DNA of 64,000 nucleotides from assembly GCA_050084515.1 (NCBI GenBank), contig CM114271.1:13578001-13642000 (forward strand), read 5' to 3'. Below, in pieces: positions 25,941 through 38,703 of this stretch. The notes beneath the pieces are model-generated. The model was given only the letters and a program-made list of their open reading frames with translations, was not told the origin of the DNA and made no database searches. A program made the position numbers and the translations under genes. The number at the start of each line of letters is the position of its first letter. Positions within the stretch are counted from its first letter, which is position 1. Origin of the DNA: Blasia pusilla (Eukaryota).

Positions 25941-27779
25941 GTATAGTTCATGCGCAAGGAGTCTGTTTTCCCTTTCTGTGAGTGACAACTCTTGTGCTCC
26001 CAACTCTTAACTGTAATGATTCATATTTGAATCTGGGCATAGAAGGTTTTGTAGTCAATCTTTGCAACATCCCATGAAGATACTATATCTTCTCATTCCC
26101 CACAACGTGCAATAATCATCAGAGCCACATGAGAATGGGAAAAGGAGCCAAAAGGGTCTAGCGGGATGTGTTAACTCTGCAAGCTATGTTAATAGGCAAG
26201 GCCAACTAAGTTATGCTTCATCCTTGATGTCTAAATTGGTACTCCCCAAGGAATTAACACTAAGATGAGGAGTTATTATCCTTTTTCTCTATTTTAAATC
26301 ACACTACTCTTGAATTGACTAAGTGTGTGTTCGAACACAACTCCAATGCACGAGCCATAGTGCATCTTTTGACACTTGAGATATTGGCTAATCCTCTAAC
26401 TTGACTATTGAAAAGGCATAGAGATTGACTGACTATCTCAGATTAGGCACTCTGGTAGGTACTTCACAGCGTGCAAAGTATATTTGGATTTGTTTCTTAT
26501 GAACATTATGAGTTGAGGTATCGTTACTCAATCGTCTATCTATATGTGTGTGTATGAACTACTACTCAGAAGAGAATTTTTCGTCATAAATGCAGAGTTG
26601 GGACATAGTTACCTAAAAACTAGTTGGTGGCCTTGCAACTTCCGTAAAGGGAATACACTGCATATTTAGTACACACAGGGTGATTCATTATAAGTTTTCG
26701 AGTGCCTAACATCAAGAATAATAGTAGTAATATGGAGATCTATACATAACAAATTACGATTCCCCTATTTCATGTATGATGTTTCATGTATGCTTCTTAT
26801 CCAACTCTAGTAATAGTGTTTGTTGGGAAAGTAAGGAGGGTAGGGGTTGGTCAAGTACATATGCTTCTACATTGTTGGAGTGTAGAGCGGTGGTTTGGAG
26901 TCTTTGACCCTAGTTTCACTCTGGTGAGTGAATACTTCATAAGAACATTTGTAACATTTTGGTTTTTTTCCTATTTTCCATGCACTATAATGCTTCAATA
27001 TTTTATTACTCACATATTATGATGATAGTGGAGTGCAAAGAGGGAAACTCAAATTCCATGCTTGTACTCCACATATAATAGCTCCAACTTGTGTAGCTAG
27101 ATATTTTCTTTCAGATGGTAGATTCCCGATACGTGTAAGGGGTGGAGTACAAATAAAAATGAAAATATTGGATGTTATTAAAGTACTCGTGTGCCCCCCT
27201 TATGGAGGCTTCTAGTCCTCTCACTTCACCTTTCCTATGACACTATTCATTCAGTGTATCAAGCCTTGACTCTCCAAGATTTTGTTGTTTCATCTCTACA
27301 ACCTTTAACTTTTGAATAGGCACGCCCATCCTTGCCCATCTAGAGAACTTAGTCTCTCCTTCACTATTTTTGTAAGCTCCCCTAATTTTATATTTTGACC
27401 ATTGTTAATCATGATCACTCGAAAGCAATCATGATAAGCCTGTTGAGTTATATTACGTCTACAAATCGACAAAAAAATCACCTATACCCAACTCGAATTT
27501 GAGTTTAGTCAAGCAATTGCGGAAGCAATTTCTAAAATGTGCATTGGATGTTGAACATGTTGTCGTCATGTGATCTGATTATTTTTATCCTAAGAAATTT
27601 AGATTGTCCAATTTTTCAGTCTTCTCATGTGCACATAGAGTTCACAAGAAGACATAGGTTATTCTACTGGCAAGAAATTCAACGAGTTCTTTGTAGCCAT
27701 AATTTCACCAACTTCAATTGCAAATATTGAGATATTTTTTGGAGGTCTTTGGCTTGTGATTATGAAGTGTGGTCGAAGA

Positions 27780-29110
27780 GAATCTACACCAGTCGTTGGA
27801 CCTACTTACACATCTAGTGTTTGGAAATGAGGTTCTTCAACGTTGATGAGTACAGTTGATATATCCACATCACTATCCTTTTCATCTAGTTTTGCTACTT
27901 ACACTTGTTCTGGTTGAAGAGCCTTCTCCTTGATAGAGCTTGAGAGGGAAACTATTGATTTCAACCTTGAGAACATTGTTGGAGTAGGGGGTTTTGGTTT
28001 AGTTTATGAGGGTTGCCTCAATGATGGACTCATAATAGCACTGAAAGTGCTAAGACGGGATGATGAGAAAGGGGATTGTGAGTATTTACTTGAAGAAAAG
28101 TTTTCAAGGAGCCTTCATCATCAAAATTTGGTAAAATTTCTCGGAATCTATGCAAAGGATAGATTCCGATCTTTAGTTTATGACCTCATCTCAAATGGCA
28201 TTGTGGAGTCACACTTGCATGGTCCAGATGTAGTGAATCCTCTCAACTGGGATGCTCGTCTCAAGATAGCCCTTGGATCAACTCTCGTACTTGCCTACCT
28301 ACACGAGGATTCCAATCCCCGTGTAATTCATTGTGACTTGAAAGCAAACAAAATTTTGTTGGAGGAATATTTTGCTCCCAAAATATTTGAGATCGGTCTT
28401 GCAAAAGTGGCATCTAAAGGGGGTGGCGACCATATCTCGTGATTATTAATGGAAACCTTTCGTTATGTGGCACTTGAATATGCCATGACATGGCACCTTC
28501 TAGCGAAGAGTGATGTTTACATTTATGGTGTTGTCCTATTGGAGCTCCATTCTAGAAGGAAACCAGTGGATATAGACATATCCCCGTGGGCAAAGAAATT
28601 TGGTGACATGGGCACAACCCCTTCTCACCACTTATGAAGGAATGGACTTGTTGTTGGATCCAATTCTACAAGATAGTGTACCATTAGACCACGTTGCAAG
28701 GGTAGGAGCCATATCCTACATGTGTGTGCAACCCAAAGTTTGACATCAGTCTTTCAATGGTGAGGTCATCTAAGCTTTGAAACTCATCTACAATGATTCA
28801 GATGCCAATGATGGGAGGGCCTCAATGAATGGGAGTCAGACAGGAGATATGTGTATGGGAACAAGGGATCATCCTTTTCCCCGATCCTTTCACATGCTAA
28901 ATAGTGAACCAACAAATGACTTCAACTCTAGTCCAACTGAAAGCTATGATTTCAAACCTGCAAGGCCACTCTCAGCTTCTACTATAATGTCACAATCTTG
29001 CAGATTCATTCTCCTAATCCCAGGGAACTCTTAAGGTCCTTCACAAGACATAGTGCTTTTGGACCTTTTAGGACCACCAAAAGTAATCTTGTCCGATACA
29101 AAGTATGAAA
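27780..29110 (+). pseudogene. Receptor-like Ser/Thr kinase (ALE2/extensin-like RLK) kinase-domain pseudogene, intronless
   Basis: 'VGVGGFGLVYEG', 'LHHQNLVK', 'VESHLHG..PLNWDARLKIALG..LAYLHEDSNPRVIH', '[15 protein letters not shown]'. Catalytic motifs are decayed (HCD, FEIG), with stops and frameshifts. Confidence 0.88.
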
Positions 29111-29173
29111 CTCTAGAGGTGGTACTATGTGGTCGATATATCCAAATCTCAGTCATTTTCAACTAGTTTTATT

Positions 29174-29301
29174 TGTCGTGCGCATACACATCGCTACACA
29201 ACATACATGGCTGTCATCGAACACACACACAAACACACACGATCCCATGCTAACTCATGGCATCCATACACAGAGGCGAGAAGTACAAAAATATCTCCAA
29301 T
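29174..29301 (-). repeat. Terminal repeat segment Y2 (128 bp)
   Basis: Near-identical to 29799-29926 (tgtcgtgcgcat...aaatatctccaat). Confidence 0.95.
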
Positions 29302-29796
29302 AAAGTAAGATCCAATGTCTCTCTACACCATCTCACACCATAGCTCTCAAAGGTGTGGACTCTCTCTCATGTCAAACCAAACCCACTCTCCTAATGAGAG
29401 GCTTGTGTTACACTCACAAGGCAAGAGACCATAACTCCGCCGCCTCATGCCAAGAGGTTCAACAAAGAGAGAATGAGCCCTCAAGCTCTCTCTCCTTGAG
29501 GTATACCCCTCCCCTCTCCCAAGCTCTCTCCATGGTAACCTATGCTCCCAAGTCACCTCTTTGGCTCTTGACCTGATGTAGGAGGTCAAGGCCCACTTAT
29601 CAAAAATAGAAAGTCAATGATCACCAACATGGAAACTTACCCGAAATAGTAAGTTTCTCTATATTGCTCCAAATGAGCCGAAACAAAGGGGAAACCCGCG
29701 GCCTCAACAGGTTATTCTCGACCTCTTGGGCATGTCCTCCACTACTCGTGAAGACGCTCTGCTAGATCCCACCGATCTATCTTAACACTCGTGACA
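29301..29796 (-). repeat. Terminal repeat segment X2 (~496 bp)
   Basis: Near-identical to 38704-39200 (taaagtaagatcc...cgtgaca). Confidence 0.95.
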
Positions 29797-29798
29797 CT

Positions 29799-29926
29799 TA
29801 TCGTGCGCATATACATCGCTACACAACATACCTCGCTGTCATGGAACACACACACAAACACACACGATCCCATGCTAACTCATGGCATCCATACACAGAG
29901 GCAAGAAGTACCAAAATATCTCCAAT
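29799..29926 (-). repeat. Internal repeat segment Y1, directly after polypurine tract
   Basis: Copy of 29174-29301. PPT 'taagggggag' on the minus strand at 29927-29936. Confidence 0.93.
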
Positions 29927-30112
29927 CTCCCCCTTAGCTGATGGTTAGGTCCCTCTAACTCTAGATAGCCATCTATCCCCATCTATCAAGACAAACATCT
30001 CTAGGACGCTAAGAGCATAAAGGCCGGGTGCTCATGTGACCCCATCGTTAGTCGCCTTCATGTCATCCATGTCACTGAAAAAGTTGGAATCAAAACCTAC
30101 CTAGTATTTCCT

Positions 30113-30260
30113 CTATGTACATCTGGGACACATCCATCATCCCCGAGGAATCCTAGTGAGAGGTGGCGTCAGACATGCCATATGCCAATCTCTCGAACAT
30201 CCATCACAAACTAGCATCGTGGCCGCACCACGGGCAGAACCACACAACATATAACGCAAG
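30113..30260 (-). pseudogene. PHD finger at integrase C-terminus
   Basis: '(Y)MLCGSARGAATMLVCDGCSRDWHMACLTPPLTRIPRG*WMCPRCT' fits C4-H-C3, with the first Cys mutated and one in-frame stop. Confidence 0.88.
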
Positions 30261-33180
30261 CCTACAGGATCTACTGCTAAGCTTGGATCTACTATACAAT
30301 CAATGTTAAGAAGGTGACATGGCGCACAACGACGCACATGGTCCTTCCATACCATACCATCGCGTCCCTCCAACAAGAGAACACCGGATGGCAAAATGTC
30401 ACGCACTCTCAAGATAGTGCGCCCTACAATCACATCCAACGTCGTCGGTGCCGTCTACTGCACTGACGACGTTGATGTTCAGTAGACATAATCTCCTTGA
30501 TGAAACCTCTGGATAGTTGGTCGATAACCACCACCCCGAATAGTCGCATACCTCAACGTATCTCAATGCTGCGCAATCGCCAAGTTCTCGAACGCCATGG
30601 GCATCACTCTCCGAAACAACTCAGCCCTCTGAGAACATGCTCGCACCCAAACATCTGGGTCATGAAGGTCTAGCATCTCACCAGCATCTCGATGAATGGC
30701 CGCAGATAAATCTGGCTCTCGGCCATAAAGTAGCAAGTACGGTGAAAAAGACGCTAAGGATGCCTGCCTGCTGAATCTGTATCTCATCGCCAACCATGGC
30801 AACTGGAGGTCCCAATCTCCTAGGTGACCTCTATGCAAGCCATACTTGTGTAAACCCCTCTTCACCGTTTGCACAACTCTCTTGGCTAATCCCCCATTCG
30901 CCTCGGGATGATCTCGCGAAGTCGTACGGTGGTCGATCAGTGCCTGATCACACAAGGCCTGGAACTAACTGCAAAACTCGGTACGCTGGTCTATCAACAC
31001 CTCAGCCGGTGTGCCATAATGACTGAGCACTCTATCAAGTAAGGAATAAGCTACTCCCTCACTCGCTTTGTCAGGCAATACAACCAACTCGATCCACTTC
31101 GAGAAGTGCTCGACCATCACCAACACATAACGACTGTGACGCTCCGTCAAAGGCGAAGGTCCTGCAAAATCCAAACTCCATCTATACCCTAAGCCCATGA
31201 TCCGTAATGGATGCAACTGTGGAGTTGGAGCATTGAACGATGCTCGAACCCGATCACACACCATGCACCTGGCAACAAACTGCTGAACATCAGTCTCCAT
31301 GCCTCGCCACCAATCTTGAATCTGGAGCAAGCTGTATGTCCGCTTCACCCCAAAGTGACCCAACTCCTCGTGGGCATGCTGCACTAGTCGTGCTCTCTGT
31401 GAAGTATGCGGCACTACGAGTACTCTGCCATCCTCCCAAACCCTCAAAACATGTGTCCCCTCCCAACGGAACCGTCTGGCCCGCTGTAGGATCCGATCCC
31501 GCTCTCTAGCATCTACGGTGCTCACAGCGGTGCCAGTACGAAGGTACTCCAAGACTACTCCATCATCATGAATATCTCGACCACTTGTCGTCTCCTCATT
31601 GGCCTCGGGATCCAAGGACTCTCCACTAGACCTCACCATTGAAGTCTCCACACTCTAGCTCTCCATAGCCAACATGCCTAAATAGGCTGACGCGTGCCAT
31701 CCTGGCACCGACTCCTCATCACTCTCTCCATGCCATCGAGCTCCATTCGCATCTCGCTGACTCGGGAATGGGTTACGACTCAACTCATATGCATCCTGGT
31801 TGAGCGTCCCAGGTCTATGTACCACCTGAAAATCATACTCCTGCAACAACAGAGCCCATCTCGCAAGCTTCCCTATAAGCTTGTCGGACTCCATCAACCA
31901 CTTCAGTGGTTGATGATCAGTGATGATGGTAAAGAGGTTGCCGAATTAGTAACACCTGAAATGCATGACAGCCCATACCGCAACCAAGCACTCACCCTCA
32001 TACGAGTTGTACTTTGCCTGTGCAGCGTTGTTCGAGCGGCTAGCGTAAGCCACCACGAGCTCCCTACCCTCATCATCATGCTGGGTGAGCGCCGCTCCAA
32101 GCCCCAACATGCTCCAATCTGTGTGCAACTGGAAAGGACGTCCCCTGATTGGTCTCCTCAAGATGAGCGCGGACGTCAACCTATCCTTGAGCAACTGAAA
32201 TGCTCGCTCCTGCTCATCCCCCCAGTGCCACTCGTGATCCACCTTGGTGAGCAAGGTCAGCAACTTCACAATCGAACTGAATCCCTCGACGTACCGCCGA
32301 TAGAAGTTCGCCAATCCCATGAATGCGCGAACACGGCTCACATGTGTAGGGTGTGGAATGTGTGAGATAGCCTCTACCTTCGTCTGCTGAACACCAAGGC
32401 CCCCTGGGTATATCGTATGACCCAAGTACTCAATCTGGTCGTAGAAGAACTTGCACTTGCCGGAATGTAGTTTCAGCCCATGCAATTACAATCGTCAAAA
32501 CACCTCCTCTATATGTCGCTCATGCTCCTCAACCGTGGCGCTAAAGACTATAATTTTATCAATATAACACCTAGCAAAATCCAGACCAGACAAGATCCTA
32601 TCCATGACCCTCTGAAACTCAACCCGTGCATTCTTTAACCCAAATGGTAAGAACCGCCATTGGTACAAACAATCCTTCCCGTGAGGATTGATCCCCCAAA
32701 ATGCCGTCTTCTGCCTGTCCTCCAATCTGATAGGCAACTGATGATATCCGGCTCGCAAATCCAATAAACTGAAGACCTTTGCGTGACCAATCGCATCAAA
32801 GATATCCTCAAGGATGGCATGGCATACCTATCGGACTTTGTGTGCCGATTGATAGGTCGGTAATCCCCACACATCCATCTATTCATCCAATTGCCATGCA
32901 CATCCTTCTTGGCGGGCATGATAGTGGCAGATGCATACTCCCCATGCGACATCTCCACTAGTCCTGCTCTGACCAAGTCCTGGCTTTTACTCTGAATCAG
33001 ATCCCTCTCCATATCACTATACCTGTAGGGTCGTCAGAAGATTGGCGTATCACTTGACAACTCAATGCGGATCCCCGGTCCCTTCAGCGTACCCAAATCC
33101 TCCATGCTAAACGCAAAGCAGCTCCTATAACTCCTGAGGAACTGATGTATTCGGCGCCGCTCTCCTCTTGTCAACTTAGG
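30260..33180 (-). pseudogene. Gypsy pol: RT-RNaseH-integrase (frameshifted)
   Basis: ORF pieces 32635-33012, 32495-32764, 31946-32485, 31655-31897, 30965-31651 and 30563-30955 carry canonical motifs in Gypsy order. Confidence 0.93.
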
Positions 33181-33329
33181 GCCCATATCTGGCTCCCTAG
33201 TTTCCATCGTGACTACGGTAGGACTCTCCGGCGCGGGTATCTGTGGTTGCTATGGTACAACCCCATCTCGAACAACAACACTTGGCCGCTCTCTTGCAGC
33301 CAACTGCAAACTCTGATCTCCTCCACGTG

Positions 33330-34290
33330 CAGTGCCCGAAACCACACTCAATGTTCTGGCCTGACCTAAGACATGGCGTCGTGATGCCTCTGACATTGAC
33401 GGTAGTGCCGTCAATCCTATGGGAAATCCCATCGCTCGCTCTCTCTCATCGGCGTTGGGCTCCACCAACCGCTGAACTTGGTCTTTCCAAACCAAGCCAG
33501 GACTGACCTCCTTGTATGCATAGGAAGTGGGAAAACTCACAAACATAGGCAAGGCTGCCCGCGGCCTGCCTACCCTGTTGACCACAATCAACGATGGTCA
33601 ATCATCGTGCCTCACTGCTTGTGATCGACGACCTGGATCGAGAATGGAATCCACTAACAAATAGGAGGGGCGCTCCACTCTCACATACGCCCTCCGTAAC
33701 ACCGTATGGGGCACCAAGTTGGTCCACCATAGACGCGGGCGATGGGCTCTAGAACCTACACTCGCCGCATCCAAGAACACTGCTGGGCCGATCCAAGCAC
33801 CCACCTGAAGAGCACTCATCACTACCCGTGACGTGGAGTCTCCTAAGATCGGCACATTCTTCAGAATATAGGTTGGAGAACAAGACTGATGCTCCTGCAA
33901 TTGCCGTAAGACCCTCAACATCTCCCAAAACAACCTGAACCAAGTGTCAGCCAACCCGCTGCATCGTCCAGCACTTCATTGGCCCTGACATGGCCAACCG
34001 GAAATGACCAAATCAATGGTCCCTACCCGCTCTAAGTCCTACGCCCCCAACAACGAAATATCCCTCAGTAGGGAACCCTTGTACTACGGACGCAGATAAT
34101 AAGTGGAGAAAACGTAGGTGTAACTACGCCACATGTCGTAGTGAAACGCGCCTCGTAACATCATCACTCTCCACATACAAGTACTTCTGCACTCTCACTC
34201 ATGTCTGCACAACAGCAGCTAACCTGGTGCTAATCCCTCCAAAGAGATCTAACACTCGAATACCCTCCTCCAAGATACACCACACAATGG
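33330..34290 (-). pseudogene. C5 cytosine DNA methyltransferase domain (DNMT3/DRM-like) within pol
   Basis: Motif I 'IRVLDLFGGIS' (~34230-34265); motif IV 'IDLVISGWPCQG' (33982-34017); motif VI 'YILKNV' (E to K); motif VIII 'AHRPRLWWTNL'; motifs IX-X 'ERERAMGFP...RRHVLGQA'. All in order. Confidence 0.92.
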
Positions 34291-34599
34291 GTGTGGTATC
34301 GAAGGGTGTCATTGTAGCACTCCCAGCTACCTCGGGTTCCTCAGACCTATCATGCTCCGGTGCAAAAGCCTCGCTCCACGCGGTCTGCACGTGCTCATCT
34401 GCCAATCGTTGAAGCTCCTCAGTTGAGCCCCACTGCAGCTCCTCTCCTCCATGGAATGATGCGGCTACCATAACACTCCTCTCCATTGAAATGTCAGGAA
34501 AGGGATTATCTTTTGCATGGACATGTCCCTCGATCAAATCACTAGGCCAAGTGATGGCACTGCTAAATGCTGCCAAGGTCGCCATCTCTCCTAGCCGTT

Positions 34600-37180
34600 G
34601 CTCAATCACTGCACATGTGAATCGAACGGGTAATGAACTAAGGCGTCCATCACTTGACTGTCATCGTGGTCTGTACGACGTTGACTCCTCTCAAATATCC
34701 AGGGAAAACCCCATCGGGTATAACACAACTGTACCAACCAAGATGTCGTAGGACTTTGCATTAGTCACTATCACCTTGGCTCGCACCACGGACTCATCTG
34801 TAGGATGTCTCGGGAAAATCCTCATCACGACCTACTGTCGGGTGATATACTGTGTGGTACTCGCTCCACCCAAGGATGTCTGTATCTGGAATGGACAACG
34901 CTCCACATCGGCTCTCGTCAAGCCCAATCCTCTGAATGACGCTTTCCCCAACATCAGGGGTTGTGCTCCTGAATCCAACAAGACGCGTTGCGGACTAAAA
35001 GCTCTACCCTCGGGACTCACAAACTGGAAGACCTCTCCTTGGTTATCCAGCAACACAACACCAGGAGAAGCCATGGCACGCTCTATCGCGGGTCTAGCAA
35101 GCATCTCCGCCATCATAGCAGCCACAGCCTGCCATGAATCTGACGTGGACGGTCCGAGCATCTGCTCCAAAGGTAGGTCCATCACCTCCTCTGCAAGAAC
35201 TCCAACTCCACGCTCACATAGTGTAGCGGCCAGCCGAACAGCCTCGGCGGGCGTACCCGCCAACGTCATAACATCGGAAGCAGAAAATAAAGGAGTGCGG
35301 TACACAATGGTGGTCGCCCCCAACAACGTGCTCGACACGTGCCCCTCCTAAGCATCAACAATAGGAGTCGTCGCACTCGTTTCTCCCATCGCCTCCGTGC
35401 GTGCACACCAACAACATCACCAACTCTCCAGGAACTCTGATCAAGACCCATTGATGGGGTCCTCATCGCCTCAGACATCATGAAAGACTGAGGAAGCCTA
35501 GTCTTTTTCCTGGCTTCCCCTCGCTGTGGATCCAACTCTGCAGCTGCTCTACGCGTCACAATTGCGGCTGCCTCCATCTGGGCAGCCCCGCACATCCAAC
35601 CAGGATCCTTCATATCTCTGGCTGCTCCATATGATGTCGATGCCATGGATCCGACATTGGGTAATCTCAATGCCATAGCGGCAATCTGCTGTTGTAGCTG
35701 CTGTATCTGAGCAGCCATCCCAGCCTCATGTCCGGCGTCTCCCTCGGCCCGTCTAGGTGGTGGTACTCTACCTCCTCCATGGGCAGCTCCACCACCCTGT
35801 CGGGCAACTCTAGCTCCTCGTCCCCCAACGCGACCACCTGGTGCACGATCTCTAGGCCCACCTGGACCGGCTACTCGCTGTGGTGCCCTCTCGAGCCCTC
35901 GGTCCGGATGTAACTCAGGATGTAAACTAAAAATGGCGTGTGTATGACCATACCTCTGACAATAGTCACATTGATAACCTCCTGGTGCAGCACCATCTCC
36001 TCCTCTATGCTAAGGCACACGTCCATAACCCTGACGAGTGCAATCGCGCTGATGATGGGCTCCACCACATGACCAACAAGTAATAGTAGGCGGCTGCTGT
36101 TGAGCCGCATATGAAGGCGCAGGTCTTTGTGGCACGGGCTCTCGGTATCCTCCCTGAGCTCGTGGTGCCACAGTTGACCTATCTCGGAGTCCACGTTGTT
36201 GCATAGGTGGTGCAGACAATCGTGATTGCTCTCGCCCATAACCCATGGTGGCTACGCTCTCCTCCGCCATGTTGCGCTCAATGTTCTCGGCGGTCCTAAA
36301 AACATCTCTCAACGTAGGGGAGGTATTCATAAGAAGCACCCCTCCGTACCCGTGTCCGCAGGGTCCGATCCAAGTCTGCGTACCATGACTGGACAGCTTG
36401 AGCGTTTATCACCCCCTCAGTGATGTTGATCAACCGGCGCAAGCGAGTGTAAGCCTAACGCAAACTCTCACCCGGGCACCTCTGGAATTCGTGGATGCTC
36501 CGCAACTTCTCCGTCCGTACCCTCTGATAGCTCGCCCTCAACTCAACAAAGAACTCAACGACGAGGTTGAACCTCGGACAAACCCGACTAGACGGTGCAA
36601 CTGCTCGAGTGCAAGTGACCCCTCCTAAAACATCACTAGTGGAAGAGGAAGTAGCCTCTCCTGAATCCTCCTCCTCATCTGGGAACGGCTCAGTCCATGA
36701 TACATAGTGTGGGTCATAGTAGAGTCGCCATGCCTCAATCTCCTCGACATATCTGTGGGAGAACTCATGGTAATCGTCCATGGATGGCCCCTCTAAATGC
36801 TGGAACATACCGTTCCATGCTGTAAACGGGTTGAACTCTCTAAAGTTTCTAGCCCGCTGTGAGTCACACTAACTCCTAAACTCCGCAATGAAGTCGTGTA
36901 TCTCTATGGTGCCTACAGCACCCGAAAACCTACGCGGTCCTCTACCCCGGTTGTCCATCTCGTACGCCCAACTAGTAGGACCACTCAATGTGTACGATGG
37001 ATCACTAAAACACTTGTGCGAGGTTTCGAGGGTCTCCACGTGAGAGACCACCTCGATCTCCTTCTGTGTCGTCTTCAGATAAGGGGGAGCGTGTAGACCC
37101 TCCACAAGTACTCTCAAGTCCACTACCTCGCCTCTCAAAATCTTGAAAGGACATCGTGATGGCCCTTGTGCCCCTCTCAC
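34600..37180 (-). pseudogene. gag (zinc knuckle) and aspartic protease of the Gypsy element
   Basis: 'FQRCPGESLR', 'CWSCGGAHHQRDC', a second knuckle-like 'CDYCQRYGH', 'RVLLDSGAQPLMLG', 'YDILVG'. Confidence 0.85.
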
Positions 37181-38703
37181 ATGATCACTCTCAACCTTGC
37201 GAGTAATCCCTCAATTACTCATCCCAAACATGTGGCACTCGATCTACACTCTCCCTCCCCGAGACGTGTAACGTGCGGCAACAAGCGGCGTGATACGGCA
37301 AATCGACCAGGCTATCATCTCATTGACAACCTACCCTCAACTCCAGACATCCCACACAGGTCTATGTCCCCTAAACCTCATACATAAGTGATCCTCTCAG
37401 CATCCACACAACCCAATATCCCCAAATAAACTACCCAAATCCCAGAATCCCTCATGCGTGTAAGGTAAATGACCAAAATGGATAACCTGAACACATGTCG
37501 ATGTCGCTCCTCAGCAACTGCAAATCTCAACCCAAATTGGTTGTGGAGAAAACTCCTCCAATCATCAAGTCATACTCCTCCCGTACTGACACTACTCAAA
37601 ACCTCTCGATAGACAGTGCGGTTCCAGTGGAACGGTGCGGCGTTGCAGGCGGCACGGAACGGCTACGAACGACACGGCCCTCGATGGTGGGACGTGGCAC
37701 TCGGAGGCATACCCTCCTCAATCAACAATAAACCCACACTGTGCCCCACAATGATGATGCGGCTCCGCGATAGAGACGGTGCGGTGCCGCCACGAGCGAC
37801 ACGACGCGGCAATCGGCGGCGCGTTGCGGCTACGGGCGTCACGGCACAGTACTCGATCGTCGTCGAGCGGCTACCAATTACAACATAGCAGCATGAAATC
37901 AAAACTCAAACACCATAACCAGAGGTCATATGCCATCATTGGTTGATGACGAAATTGCGATGACGGTGGCGGTCAAAACAAAGTACGTGGTGGCGAAGCA
38001 AGTCAGAGAATCAACGAACGTCGTGAAAGACCCTCCACTCCGTAACGACGGCAATGGCAACCAAAGGGTGGAAAACGGATGGTGGACCATTGATGGTGAG
38101 GGTTGATTGTCGATGGCAGAATGTTGACGGCGACGGCCCCCGCCAGCGTGGCGCGTGATTTAGGGTTTGAACAATTTAACCCTAAAAATCGCCTAGCAAT
38201 GGCAGTTTTGCAAGATTGACCATAACTTTTCACTCGCAACTCCAAATTGCGCATTGTTTGTTGCACAACATGCACAACTTCACGATCTACGACAGTGTGA
38301 ACAAATAATTGGAATTGGACATTCCAGAAAAAAAAATTGAAGGGGACTGTCGTGAAGCCCAATATCTCTTTCTCCTACAAAAAATTCGACAGCGCTTCTG
38401 CGCTGATTTCTCCCAATGAAAATGTAAAACCTGTAAAAATACAAATCAGCAAGCTACATGGTGCTCCCGAGAGCATCAGCATGGGGCAACCCGCCCCCAT
38501 ACTCAATCCCTATCAAAAATTGGGTAGCGCTTCCGCGCGCCACTCTTCCACACGAAAAATCGACAAATGCAAAGAACAATCAAAGCTGCCCTTGCTCCGG
38601 TGAGCACTCCCATGAGCTTCTGAATGGGAAACAAGGTCCCCAACCTACAAAAACAATGAGTGACCAGCGAGCTCCCCCATGAAACTCTCTCATTCTCTCT
38701 TTG

